Shown piece after piece: positions 9,262 to 18,209 of a DNA stretch of 64,000 bases. The notes beneath the pieces are model-generated. The model worked only from the letters and a program-made list of their open reading frames with translations. It was not told the DNA's origin and ran no database searches. The stretch lies in the NCBI GenBank assembly GCA_036307765.1, contig JAXJWX010000091.1, forward strand, positions 10,472 through 74,471, in the 5' to 3' direction. Source of the DNA: Paludibacteraceae bacterium. GTDB lineage: Bacteria > Bacteroidota > Bacteroidia > Bacteroidales > Paludibacteraceae. Position numbers and translations under genes: made by a program. Position 1 is the first letter of the stretch; each line of letters starts with the position of its first letter.

Positions 9262-9312
9262 TGTTTAGTGTTTAGTGAACGGCGCAGAGCGCCTACTGTT
9301 TAGGGTTTAAAG
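9262..9312. repeat. Intergenic modular repeat, family B (gtttagt arms around the GC hairpin ggcgcagagcgcc)
   Basis: A second copy lies at 56328-56372. The right arm supplies the last codons and the stop of queA. Confidence 0.7.
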
Positions 9313-10619
9313 ACTCGCGTTAATATACTACTGTCGCCATAGCTGAGGAAACGGAAATCGTGGGAGAGGGCGTAGTCGTAAATCGTATGCCAGTCACCTC
9401 CGACAAATGCACTCACCAACAACAACAATGTAGATTTAGGTTGATGGAAATTCGTAATTAACTGATCCACCACACGGAAAGTGTATCCAGGTTTGATCAT
9501 AATCTGCGTTTCTGCATGCAACACATCTTGCCCCGTAGCATCCAAATACGCCACTATTGCCTGCAAAGCCTCACGCGTGGAGAGCGTATGCTCCCTCTCG
9601 TAGGGGGCAAACTGGGCGACGGAGAGCGTGGACCCTCCCGACCTCCCTTCGAGGGAGGAGGTAGAAGGATGAGTGTGGTGCAGGGTGTAGAGTTGTGCGC
9701 CGAGGAAATAGAGACTCTCCAAGGTTCGCATGCTAGTGGTGCCGACAGCAACAATATGTCCGAGGTTAGCCATTATCTGTTCTATCGTTTCGCGTGGCAC
9801 AGCGATAATCTCGGTGTGCATAGTATGTTGGTTGGCATCAGCCACCTTCACGGGTTGGAAAGTACCCGCACCGACATGCAAGGTGACTTCGGCAGTCTGT
9901 ATGCCCTTTTGGCGCAAGCCGTTGAGGACATTATCCGTAAAGTGAAGACCCGCAGTAGGGGCTGCCACCGAGCCCTTGATGCGCGAATAGACGGTCTGAT
10001 AGGTTGTCTTGTCACTCTCCTCGGTCTTGCGATTGAGGTATGGCGGGATAGGCAGTTCGCCTACGGCGTCGAGGATCTCAGCAAAAGACCCCTCCCACTC
10101 CCCTTCAAGGGGAGAGCTCCACGAGAAATGTACAGCGAAGGTATTGCCTGTTTGTTCGCCTTTTTCGGCAAAGAGGGTGATATGTTCGCCAGAGGGGAGT
10201 TGTACGGGCAAAGACAATGCTCCAGATTTCCACTTTTTAGCATTGCCAATCATGCACTTCCACGTGCAACCATCGGTACTACCCAAACTGAGTTGATAAT
10301 CATGCGGCTCTAAGGGTTCGAGGCAAAAGATTTCAATGCGGGCTCCAGCAGCGTTGTGTAGCGGTTGTGTAGTGTCGTGTAGCGGTGGTGTAGCAGTGGT
10401 TTTGTGAAATACCAAGCGTGCTTGTATCACGCGCGTATTATTATATATAAGGAGTGAATTAGCAGGTAGGTATTCGCCCACATGGCAAAAACAGTCCTCA
10501 CTTACCTTGCCATCACGGTAAACGAGCAGTTTGCTCTGGTCACGCTGCGCCAAAGGGTATTTAGCAATGCGTTCGTCAGGTAAAGGGTAGTTGTATTCTT
10601 CTATAAGGATTTCTTCCAT
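9300..10619 (-). CDS. queA: S-adenosylmethionine:tRNA ribosyltransferase-isomerase
   Basis: 439 aa. The N-terminus YNYPLPDERIAKYPLAQRDQSKLLV and the C-terminus NFHQPKSTLLLLVSAF are characteristic of QueA. Confidence 0.85.
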   Translation of the reverse strand: MEEILIEEYNYPLPDERIAKYPLAQRDQSKLLVYRDGKVSEDCFCHVGEYLPANSLLIYNNTRVIQARLVFHKTTATPPLHDTTQPLHNAAGARIEIFCLEPLEPHDYQLSLGSTDGCTWKCMIGNAKKWKSGALSLPVQLPSGEHITLFAEKGEQTGNTFAVHFSWSSPLEGEWEGSFAEILDAVGELPIPPYLNRKTEESDKTTYQTVYSRIKGSVAAPTAGLHFTDNVLNGLRQKGIQTAEVTLHVGAGTFQPVKVADANQHTMHTEIIAVPRETIEQIMANLGHIVAVGTTSMRTLESLYFLGAQLYTLHHTHPSTSSLEGRSGGSTLSVAQFAPYEREHTLSTREALQAIVAYLDATGQDVLHAETQIMIKPGYTFRVVDQLITNFHQPKSTLLLLVSAFVGGDWHTIYDYALSHDFRFLSYGDSSILTRVFKP

Positions 10620-11770
10620 GATTTGCGGTCTCCACTAAATAGCACATACTGGTTAAACAAACAATCCAAATCGCCATTCACCAAACGAACACGCTTGGCA
10701 GGACGTAGTCCTACGCACTTGAGGGCCTCTTCGTTGCTGGAGATAATCCATGCTGTAGCTCCACTAAACTGATGTTTGAGGGCAGTACCCATATCTTGGT
10801 AGAGGCGCAATACATCTTTGTCTTGCGAGAGACGTTCGCCATATGGGGGATTCATCATGACAAGCGCATCTTCGGTATTTGTATCGGCAAGGCGTAGCTC
10901 TTGTACGCGAATCTGTTTAACCTCTATATCTCGTTGCAGATTAGCCGATTGCACATTCTTGGTAGCTGCTTGTACGGCATAGAAGCCCGCATCGGAACCA
11001 TAAATCTTGTGCGTGAACTCGCGTTCGCGACTATCATCGCTGTATATATCCTCAAAGAGGTCGGCATCGAAGTTTGCCCATTTCTCGAAGGCAAAACCTT
11101 TGCGATAGATACCTGGTGCGATATTGCGTGCAATGAGAGCCGCCTCAATGAGCAGTGTGCCTGAGCCGCACATGGGGTCGTAGAAGTCGCTTTGTCCTTT
11201 CCAACCTGCGAGCAGCAACATACCCGCAGCAAGAGCCTCATTGATAGGCGCTTGTGTGTTCGCCACACGATAACCGCGTTTGTGCAAACTCTCACCTGAA
11301 CTGTCAAGCGACAGGGTTACTAAGTCGCCTGCTATATGCACATTGAGATAGAGATCGGGGTTGGTGAGTTGTACGCTGGGGCGCACGCCACCATGCTCCA
11401 TCCACCAGTCCACAATGGCATCTTTCACGCGGTAGGTGATGAATTGCGAATGGCGAAAGAGATCAGAATATACGGTAGCGTCAATCTGGAACGTGGTTTT
11501 GGCTGTCATGTACTGTGCCCAATCCAATAGTTTGACCTGTTCGTATATATCATCGGTCTTCTTGGCTTTGAAGGTGGCTATTGGCACAAGGATACGCGAA
11601 GCAGTACGCAGACAGAAATTGGCAGCGTAAAGCATACGTTTGTCACCTGAAAAAGCTACCGCTCTACGTTGTATTTGTACATTGTTGGCACCTAATTCAA
11701 TGAGCTCCTTTGCCAAGATGCTCTCCAACCCCTTAAAGGTCTTTGCCAACATTCGAAAATCGTTATTCAT
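10601..11770 (-). CDS. THUMP-domain class I SAM-dependent RNA methyltransferase (RlmL/RlmK-like N-terminal module)
   Basis: 389 aa with DPMCGSGTLLIEAA (motif I) and NPPYGERL (motif IV). Confidence 0.75.
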   Translation of the reverse strand: MNNDFRMLAKTFKGLESILAKELIELGANNVQIQRRAVAFSGDKRMLYAANFCLRTASRILVPIATFKAKKTDDIYEQVKLLDWAQYMTAKTTFQIDATVYSDLFRHSQFITYRVKDAIVDWWMEHGGVRPSVQLTNPDLYLNVHIAGDLVTLSLDSSGESLHKRGYRVANTQAPINEALAAGMLLLAGWKGQSDFYDPMCGSGTLLIEAALIARNIAPGIYRKGFAFEKWANFDADLFEDIYSDDSREREFTHKIYGSDAGFYAVQAATKNVQSANLQRDIEVKQIRVQELRLADTNTEDALVMMNPPYGERLSQDKDVLRLYQDMGTALKHQFSGATAWIISSNEEALKCVGLRPAKRVRLVNGDLDCLFNQYVLFSGDRKSWKKSL

Positions 11771-11800
11771 ATTTATTAAGACTAGTAAAACAATGCGTTT

Positions 11801-12874
11801 TTATCTGCTCACACGCACATACAGGACGATACCGATAGCTAGGAAAATGAAATTCGGCAGCCAAACACTCATAAAAGGCGACATCACGCCATTCACAGAG
11901 AAAGTGGTAGATACTGTGGAAAAAAGAATATATAACGCACTCAAAGTTAAACCAAAACCAAGGTTCTTACCCATTCCTCCACGTACTTTCTTCGAACTCA
12001 TCGTAACTCCCAGCAGCGTCATAATAAATGCGCCTATTGGACTGGCCCAGCGTTTCCACCATTCCGTTTCAAAAGCTTGCACATTACCAGAACCACGCTT
12101 GCGTTGCGTTGCGATATATTCTTTCAGTTCGGGATTAGGCATCATTTGCGCATTCTCAGCCGTATAGAAGAGTTCCTTGGGTAGTACTGGAATAATCGTG
12201 TCTAAGCGGGTGCCCCGAGTAAGCGTCTCGCGCATTCCATCAAAATCACGACGTACATACTTATCAAAATGCCAGTTGAAAGCGGAGTCATAATGAATAC
12301 GGTCAGCAGTGATACGCATGGTCAGTTTCTTGCCATCAAAATGCTCCAAAGAAGCACGATAACCTAAATTAGTACGCTTCTGAAAACTCTCAATATACAA
12401 AATAGTACCAGGTTCGACCTCCATCTGCACATTACGCGCATTCTCGCGACTGAAATGTTCAATATATTTATCTTGAAAAGTAAGCATTTTCTCAGAAGCA
12501 GGCGGAATCACATAGCCTGTCATCCAAAATGAGAACACAAATAGCAATGATGCACTCACAAAATACGGCCACATCAATCGATTGTAACTCACGCCACTTG
12601 CCAATATGGCTATAATCTCACTATCGCCCGCCAACTTCGATGTGAAGAAAATCACCGAAATGAAGATGAACAGCGGACTGAACATATTCATGAAGTAAGG
12701 AACAAAATTGACATAATAATCCAAAATAATCTCTCTAGCCGTCACTTGATGTTCAAAAAAGTCATCTAACTTTTCTGTCAAATCGAAAATCACAGCAATA
12801 CTCATGATAAGCACAATCGAAAAGATGAATGTGCCGAGGAACTTGCCTATTATGTATTTGTCAAGACGCTTCAT
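11801..12874 (-). CDS. LptF/LptG-family LPS export permease
   Basis: 357 aa. The N-terminus MKRLDKYIIGKFLGTFIFS and the six-TM layout are typical of YjgP/YjgQ proteins. Confidence 0.75.
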   Translation of the reverse strand: MKRLDKYIIGKFLGTFIFSIVLIMSIAVIFDLTEKLDDFFEHQVTAREIILDYYVNFVPYFMNMFSPLFIFISVIFFTSKLAGDSEIIAILASGVSYNRLMWPYFVSASLLFVFSFWMTGYVIPPASEKMLTFQDKYIEHFSRENARNVQMEVEPGTILYIESFQKRTNLGYRASLEHFDGKKLTMRITADRIHYDSAFNWHFDKYVRRDFDGMRETLTRGTRLDTIIPVLPKELFYTAENAQMMPNPELKEYIATQRKRGSGNVQAFETEWWKRWASPIGAFIMTLLGVTMSSKKVRGGMGKNLGFGLTLSALYILFSTVSTTFSVNGVMSPFMSVWLPNFIFLAIGIVLYVRVSR

Positions 12875-12881
12875 TTTATTT

Positions 12882-12985
12882 TAGGTTAAAGGTTAGAGGT
12901 TAGAGGTTAAAGGTTAGAGGTTAAAGGCGGGTAATATGCGGCAAAGCCGCTATTTCTGGCCTCTCGCCTAATCGCCTCATTGCCT
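12882..12985. repeat. Intergenic modular repeat, family A, copy 1
   Basis: (aggtta[ag]agg)n arm, core gggtaatatgcggcaaagccgcta, then a gcctctcgcctaatcgcct arm. It fills the tgt / lptFG spacer up to the start codon. Confidence 0.85.
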
Positions 12986-12990
12986 ATAAA

Positions 12991-14130
12991 CTACATACGT
13001 TGCATGAGGCGGGGGGTGATGTCATCTTTCCACGCCTTGAAGTCGCCTGCAAGGATATGCTTGCGGGCTTCGCCAACGAGCCAGAGGTAGAACGCCAAGT
13101 TGTGGATACTGAGTATCTCCAAGCCGAGCATCTCCTGTGCATGGATGAGGTGACGCACATAGGCGCGGGTATAGTGATGGTCCACAAAACTGGTGCCGCA
13201 GGGATCCAATTCGGTGAAGTCATCCTCCCACTTCTTGTTGCGCAGGTTCATCACACCATTCTGCGTGAAGATCATGCCGTTGCGACCATTGCGGGTTGGC
13301 ATGACACAATCGAACATATCTACGCCACGTTCGATACCCTCTAGGATATTCCAAGGCGTACCCACGCCCATGAGGTAGCGCGGTTTGTTCTGAGGCAGGA
13401 TATCATTGACCACCTCAATCATGGCGTACATATCTTCGGTAGGTTCGCCCACAGCCAGTCCGCCGATGGCATAGCCATCGCGATCAAGGTCGCGCAGGCG
13501 CTTCGCTGCGTCTTGGCGCAGGTCGGGATATACGCAGCCCTGCACGATAGGGAAGAGGTGCTGGCGGTAGCCATAGAGGTCGGGGGTGTTATCAAAACGT
13601 TGGATACAACGGTCGAGCCAGCGATGGGTGCGCTCCATGGATTTCTGTGCGTACTGGCGGTCGGCGGTGCCTGGGCAGCACTCGTCGAATGCCATCATGA
13701 TGTCGGCACCAATCTCGCGTTGGATATCCATGACGTTCTCGGGGGTGAACATGAGTTTGCGTCCGTCGATATGGGAAGAGAACTGTACACCCTCTTCGGT
13801 CATCTTACGAATATCGGTTAGTGAGAATACTTGAAAACCACCCGAGTCGGTGAGTATAGGGCGTGTCCAACCCTCAAAACGGTGCAAGCCACCCGCCTTG
13901 TGCAGGATGTCGGTGCCAGGACGCAGGTAGAGATGGTAGGTGTTGCCAAGGATGATTTGCGCGTTGATATCCTCTTCAAGGAAGGTACGTTGTACACCTT
14001 TGACAGTACCCACGGTGCCCACAGGCATAAAAATAGGGGTTTGGATATCCCCATGGTCGGTATGCACTACGCCAGCGCGTGCGCACGTGTGCGCATCAGT
14101 ATGTATGAGGTCAAAAAAAACTTTCTCCAT
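12991..14130 (-). CDS. tgt: tRNA-guanine(34) transglycosylase
   Basis: 379 aa with the DSGGFQ motif and overall Tgt-like sequence. Confidence 0.9.
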   Translation of the reverse strand: MEKVFFDLIHTDAHTCARAGVVHTDHGDIQTPIFMPVGTVGTVKGVQRTFLEEDINAQIILGNTYHLYLRPGTDILHKAGGLHRFEGWTRPILTDSGGFQVFSLTDIRKMTEEGVQFSSHIDGRKLMFTPENVMDIQREIGADIMMAFDECCPGTADRQYAQKSMERTHRWLDRCIQRFDNTPDLYGYRQHLFPIVQGCVYPDLRQDAAKRLRDLDRDGYAIGGLAVGEPTEDMYAMIEVVNDILPQNKPRYLMGVGTPWNILEGIERGVDMFDCVMPTRNGRNGMIFTQNGVMNLRNKKWEDDFTELDPCGTSFVDHHYTRAYVRHLIHAQEMLGLEILSIHNLAFYLWLVGEARKHILAGDFKAWKDDITPRLMQRM

Positions 14131-14141
14131 TCTGTCGAAAT

Positions 14142-14245
14142 GAGGTTAGAGGTGAGAGGTTAGAGGTTAAAGGTTAGAGGCGGGTGATATGCGGCTTTGC
14201 CGCTATGTCTTGCCTTTTGCCTAATCACCTTTTGCCTCATCGCCC
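14142..14245. repeat. Intergenic modular repeat, family A, copy 2
   Basis: Same architecture as copy 1. The core hairpin loop is flipped (gcggctttgccgc). Confidence 0.85.
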
Positions 14246-14587
14246 TTATACTCTATTGTTATTAGGGAAAATGATAGCGGGTTTGAAGGTTTTTACTTCT
14301 TCTTCGGTCATCAGGGCGTATGCCATGATAATAACAGTGTCGCCCACATGTACGAGGTGCGCCGCAGCCCCATTGATGCAGATACAACCGCTACCTCGTT
14401 TGCCAGGAATAACGTAGGTCTCGATGCGTGCGCCGTTGGTGTTATCTACGATTTGCACTTTCTCGCCTGCGTAGATATTGGCGGCATTCATGAGGTCCTC
14501 ATCAATAGTGATACTACCGATATAGTCTAAGTTGGCTTCGGTCACCGTCACGCGGTGTATCTTGGATTTTAGTATTTGTAACAACAT
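14246..14587 (-). CDS. panD: Aspartate 1-decarboxylase
   Basis: 113 aa. [23 protein letters not shown] contains the G-S self-cleavage site. Confidence 0.9.
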   Translation of the reverse strand: MLLQILKSKIHRVTVTEANLDYIGSITIDEDLMNAANIYAGEKVQIVDNTNGARIETYVIPGKRGSGCICINGAAAHLVHVGDTVIIMAYALMTEEEVKTFKPAIIFPNNNRV

Positions 14588-14606
14588 TTTTGCACAATTT
14601 TGGGTG

Positions 14607-14614
14607 CAAAATTA
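14607..14614 (-). promoter_or_regulatory. -7 box (TAATTTTG on the minus strand) for panD
   Basis: caaaatta lies 20 nt upstream of ATG 14587. Confidence 0.45.
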
Positions 14615-14699
14615 CTATAAAAAATCGATATACGCAAAAAAAGTGCTTAAAAATTTGCACAATTCAAAAAAAAGCAGTACTTTTGCAGCCGATTTCGAA

Positions 14700-14784
14700 G
14701 GAGAGATGGCAGAGTGGTCGATTGCGGCGGTCTTGAAAACCGTTGAGCTGAGAGGCTCCGGGGGTTCGAATCCCTCTCTCTCCG
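14700..14784 (+). tRNA. tRNA-Ser (anticodon TGA)
   Basis: Folded by hand: acceptor GGAGAGA/TCTCTCC, anticodon loop CTTGAAA, a long variable arm, and T loop TTCGAAT. Confidence 0.9.
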
Positions 14785-14792
14785 CAAAAGAA

Positions 14793-14833
14793 AACCTACA
14801 AGGAATTATATTTCAACCTTGTAGGTTTTTTTT
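14793..14833 (+). terminator. Terminator hairpin after tRNA-Ser, supplied by the island
   Basis: aacctacaagg (14793-14803) pairs with ccttgtaggtt (14817-14827), followed by a T-run. Confidence 0.6.
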
Positions 14834-15160
14834 ATGCCCAAAAAGATGCACCAAAAATGCACCAATCCCAATTTCTACGCACATCTATACTATATATAAT
14901 TACTATACTATATATAATATATGCTATATATAATAAGGTGTAGGTGTTTTTCAAAATCCAACATATCCCATAATTCACACCCCATTCTCTTACTCTGCTT
15001 GGCGGCAGAATTGCACGGTGCTTTTTTTTCTGCCATTTCTATTAAAAAATGCACCAAAAACTCCCGTGTTTATTCTTGTCCAAATTACCGATAACCGATA
15101 TAATAATAATTATTATTATAATATTTTTATATTACACCGAAATATTTCTCAAAGAAATAA

Positions 15161-16351
15161 CTATTTGATATTGATAAACTCACTTAACGGACGAATTTTT
15201 GCCACATTGGTATATGCTCGCTGTTTTAGTTGAGGAGCCTGATCGTATGGTATTGTTTTGCTTGCGTCAAAACGCAACACTGCATAATATGGTGCATTCT
15301 CTGCACTAAATCCTATATCTTGTAGTGCCTTTGCAGTCCATATTTGGAACCCTTTCTTTGTTAGTTTGAACAGTTGTGCATTTTCTCCATTATTGTGTAA
15401 CAAGACATAACCCAATCGTTCAAATCCCTTTTGTACAAGTAACGAACCCTTACTATCCCCAGCCCGCAAGTAGCACATCCCTTTCTCCAACATCAATTCA
15501 TAATCCTTTGGACGGGAGTGATTGACTAACACAGTTGCCTCTTCGGGTGTTTCGCACATTTTTTTCAACAACTTTTGCGCTTCTTTTGGGTCTTCTAACA
15601 ACGCACGACGGCGTTTGCTTAATTCGGCAAAACTGCTATCTTGCTCTATACCAATAAACTTGCGTCCAAGTAGATTGGCAGCAATACCTGTGGTAGAACT
15701 TCCTGCAAATGGGTCAAGGATGGTATCACCCTCATCAGTTGAAGACAATACAATACGATAAAGCAAGCGAAGTGCTTTTTGTGTCGGGTGTTTGCCGCAA
15801 GTCTTTTCCCACATACCTACCGCAGGAATACGCCACACATCGGTCATTTGACTACCTCCATTGAGTTGCTTCATTGTTTCGTAGTTGAACTTGTGCGGTT
15901 TTTTCTCATACTTTCTTGCCCAAATTATCAACTCTGTTGAGAAATTGAAATAGCGACACGAAAGGTTTGGTGGAGGGTCTGACTTTTGCCAAGTGATCAC
16001 ATTCAGTATCTTGTATCCCAACTCTTGTAAGCAGCGTTGTACAACAAAGATATTATGGTGCGTACCCGAAATCCAAATAGTACCATTATCTTTGAGTTTG
16101 TTACGGCAAAGCGACAACCATTGTCGGTTAAATTGGTAAATATGTTCAGGCGTACCACCTTTATCCCAATCCCCTTTATCCACACAAACTTGTTTGCCAC
16201 TTTGCACGCTTATTCCGCCATTACTCAAAAAGTAAGGAGGGTCAGCAAAAATAGCATTTATGGAATTATCAGGCAACTGTCCGATTAACTCCATACAATC
16301 ACCCTGAAGGAGGGTGAAATCTTGGTAACTTGAAAAAAAGGTATGTGACAT
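15161..16351 (-). CDS. DNA methyltransferase, beta-class N6/N4 type (MboIB/DpnA-like second methylase) with an extra ~130-aa C-terminal region
   Basis: 396 aa with IFADPPYF (motif IV) upstream of DPFAGSSTTGIAA (motif I). It is the third gene of the M-R-M operon. Confidence 0.8.
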   Translation of the reverse strand: MSHTFFSSYQDFTLLQGDCMELIGQLPDNSINAIFADPPYFLSNGGISVQSGKQVCVDKGDWDKGGTPEHIYQFNRQWLSLCRNKLKDNGTIWISGTHHNIFVVQRCLQELGYKILNVITWQKSDPPPNLSCRYFNFSTELIIWARKYEKKPHKFNYETMKQLNGGSQMTDVWRIPAVGMWEKTCGKHPTQKALRLLYRIVLSSTDEGDTILDPFAGSSTTGIAANLLGRKFIGIEQDSSFAELSKRRRALLEDPKEAQKLLKKMCETPEEATVLVNHSRPKDYELMLEKGMCYLRAGDSKGSLLVQKGFERLGYVLLHNNGENAQLFKLTKKGFQIWTAKALQDIGFSAENAPYYAVLRFDASKTIPYDQAPQLKQRAYTNVAKIRPLSEFINIK

Positions 16352-16354
16352 TAA

Positions 16355-17185
16355 TTACAACTGCTCAATGAAGTTATGAATTGAAGTCAAATTGTAGATA
16401 CTTGGAATTATATTAAATGCCTCTTGCAGTTTATTCTTCGCAGAGTTCCAACCGATACCATCCGTAATCCAAACAAACTCAAATCCTTCTACCGCATTGA
16501 TTTTAGGTGCAATATCAGAATAAGCACGAGCCACTTCATTGAGTTTTGAACCTCCACCAGAATAGAAATTAACCTCTATTAAGTATATTTTTTGTGGAGT
16601 TTCAATAACAAAATCAAATCGTTTCTCGTCATCACCCAATGCTTGTGTCATTTCTGTCCATTCGCTTGAATATACCTCTTTACGATACTTTATGTTATTA
16701 TTATCAAAAATCTCTGCAACCACATCTTCCATAAGGTGACCACTACGATTTTTGCGTGCGTTGGTATCTAATCCTGTTTCTACACCAAATACATAATCTA
16801 CCAAATTGGTTATCTTTTGTGATTGCAGTACTTCTGCCAATCCTGTATCTTCAAGAAATTCTATTACGCCATCAACAGAATTAAACAAGGAGTTAAGAAT
16901 TACACATTTGCCTAACGAATTGAGTACCTTTTTCTTTCCTTCGCTACGAACGGCAATCAAGATATCCATTACATTGAATGCAGATTTATCACGTCTCCAA
17001 ATAGTTTCTACTGCACTACGCAAGTCTGCCGTTCCAATTAAACTATTGAGCATACAAAGGCTCAATTTGATATTCTCAACGTTATTATGAATTTTGTCAA
17101 AGTCACAAAAGAAATCTAATGTTTGATTAGTATCTTTTAGTTGCGACATAAAAGTTGAAAAATCAGTTGTTGTTTGTGCTGCCAT
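16355..17185 (-). CDS. Type II restriction endonuclease, DpnII/MboI family (GATC)
   Basis: 276 aa. The blocks LVDYVFGVETGLDTNARKNRSG, KRFDFVI, LIEVNFYSGGGSKLNEVARAY and FVWITDGIGW match my recollection of R.DpnII. Confidence 0.8.
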   Translation of the reverse strand: MAAQTTTDFSTFMSQLKDTNQTLDFFCDFDKIHNNVENIKLSLCMLNSLIGTADLRSAVETIWRRDKSAFNVMDILIAVRSEGKKKVLNSLGKCVILNSLFNSVDGVIEFLEDTGLAEVLQSQKITNLVDYVFGVETGLDTNARKNRSGHLMEDVVAEIFDNNNIKYRKEVYSSEWTEMTQALGDDEKRFDFVIETPQKIYLIEVNFYSGGGSKLNEVARAYSDIAPKINAVEGFEFVWITDGIGWNSAKNKLQEAFNIIPSIYNLTSIHNFIEQL

Positions 17186-17187
17186 AA

Positions 17188-18060
17188 TTAGTTATAGTTA
17201 CGAATTAATAATTCAGTTAGTTTGCCTCGCTTTCTTGGATCCGCATTTATACTTCTTGATGCCCAAACTCGCTCAATTTGGTATTGCATATAGAGGTCGT
17301 CAAAGAACCCATCTTGACAGTCGGAGTTACTCAACATAAAATAATGACCTGCACCTTGAACTTGATCACAAAAGTCTTTTAATCGTTTTTGTGCTAAATC
17401 ATTGAATGCTTCTTTGGTGTAATCATTGAAACTACTTGTTGCATTAAGAGGACGATATGGTGGATCGAAATAGAAAAATGAATTACTCTTCGCATAATTG
17501 ATAGTTTGAGCGTAGTCGCCTGTCAATATTTCAACCTTTTGAAGTAATTCGCTATCGGCAAAAATAGTGTTTGCATCGCATATTGTTGGAGTTTCATAGC
17601 GTCCAAAGGGCACATTAAACAAGCCTGACTTATTTACTCGGTATAATCCATTAAAACAAGTGCGATTAAGAAAGAAAAATAGCGTTGTATTGCGAATAGG
17701 ATCAAGTGATTTAGTATTAAACTCTGCACGCATTAGCATAAAGAATTGTTTTTTGCTATCTTCTGCACGCAAAGAGTAATACTCCTTTTGGATCTCACTG
17801 AGAGAATTAACTAAAAGTTGTGGAGACTGCTTGACTACTTTGTAACAAGTAGTCAAATCTTCGTTGATGTCATTAATGACGGCTGATTGAATGTTGGAGT
17901 GTGTCTGCAACATATAGAAGAGCATTGCTCCTCCGCCCACGAAAGGCTCAATGTAAGTGACATTCTCCCATCTATCAAAGTCAGCAGGAAGCATTGCTTC
18001 AAGTTGGTCAATGAGTTGCGTTTTTCCGCCAACCCATTTGACAAATGGTTTCGCTTTCAT
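17188..18060 (-). CDS. Dam-family N6-adenine DNA methyltransferase (M.MboIA/DpnM-like)
   Basis: 290 aa with KPFVKWVGGK, EPFVGGGA (FxGxG) and FYFDPPY. Confidence 0.85.
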   Translation of the reverse strand: MKAKPFVKWVGGKTQLIDQLEAMLPADFDRWENVTYIEPFVGGGAMLFYMLQTHSNIQSAVINDINEDLTTCYKVVKQSPQLLVNSLSEIQKEYYSLRAEDSKKQFFMLMRAEFNTKSLDPIRNTTLFFFLNRTCFNGLYRVNKSGLFNVPFGRYETPTICDANTIFADSELLQKVEILTGDYAQTINYAKSNSFFYFDPPYRPLNATSSFNDYTKEAFNDLAQKRLKDFCDQVQGAGHYFMLSNSDCQDGFFDDLYMQYQIERVWASRSINADPRKRGKLTELLIRNYN

Positions 18061-18081
18061 TGTATTTTTTTATTTGGTCCG

Positions 18082-18089
18082 CAAAGATA
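18082..18089 (-). promoter_or_regulatory. -7 box (TATCTTTG on the minus strand) for the R-M operon
   Basis: caaagata lies 22 nt upstream of ATG 18060. Confidence 0.5.
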
Positions 18090-18209
18090 GTGATTTTTTT
18101 TGAGTTGAGCAAATAATAATAATTTTTTTTTATTTTTCACACAAATAAACCACCCTTCAAAATAGGGTGGTCTATTTTTACGAAGATAGTTATATTGTAT
18201 TGATGGTGG

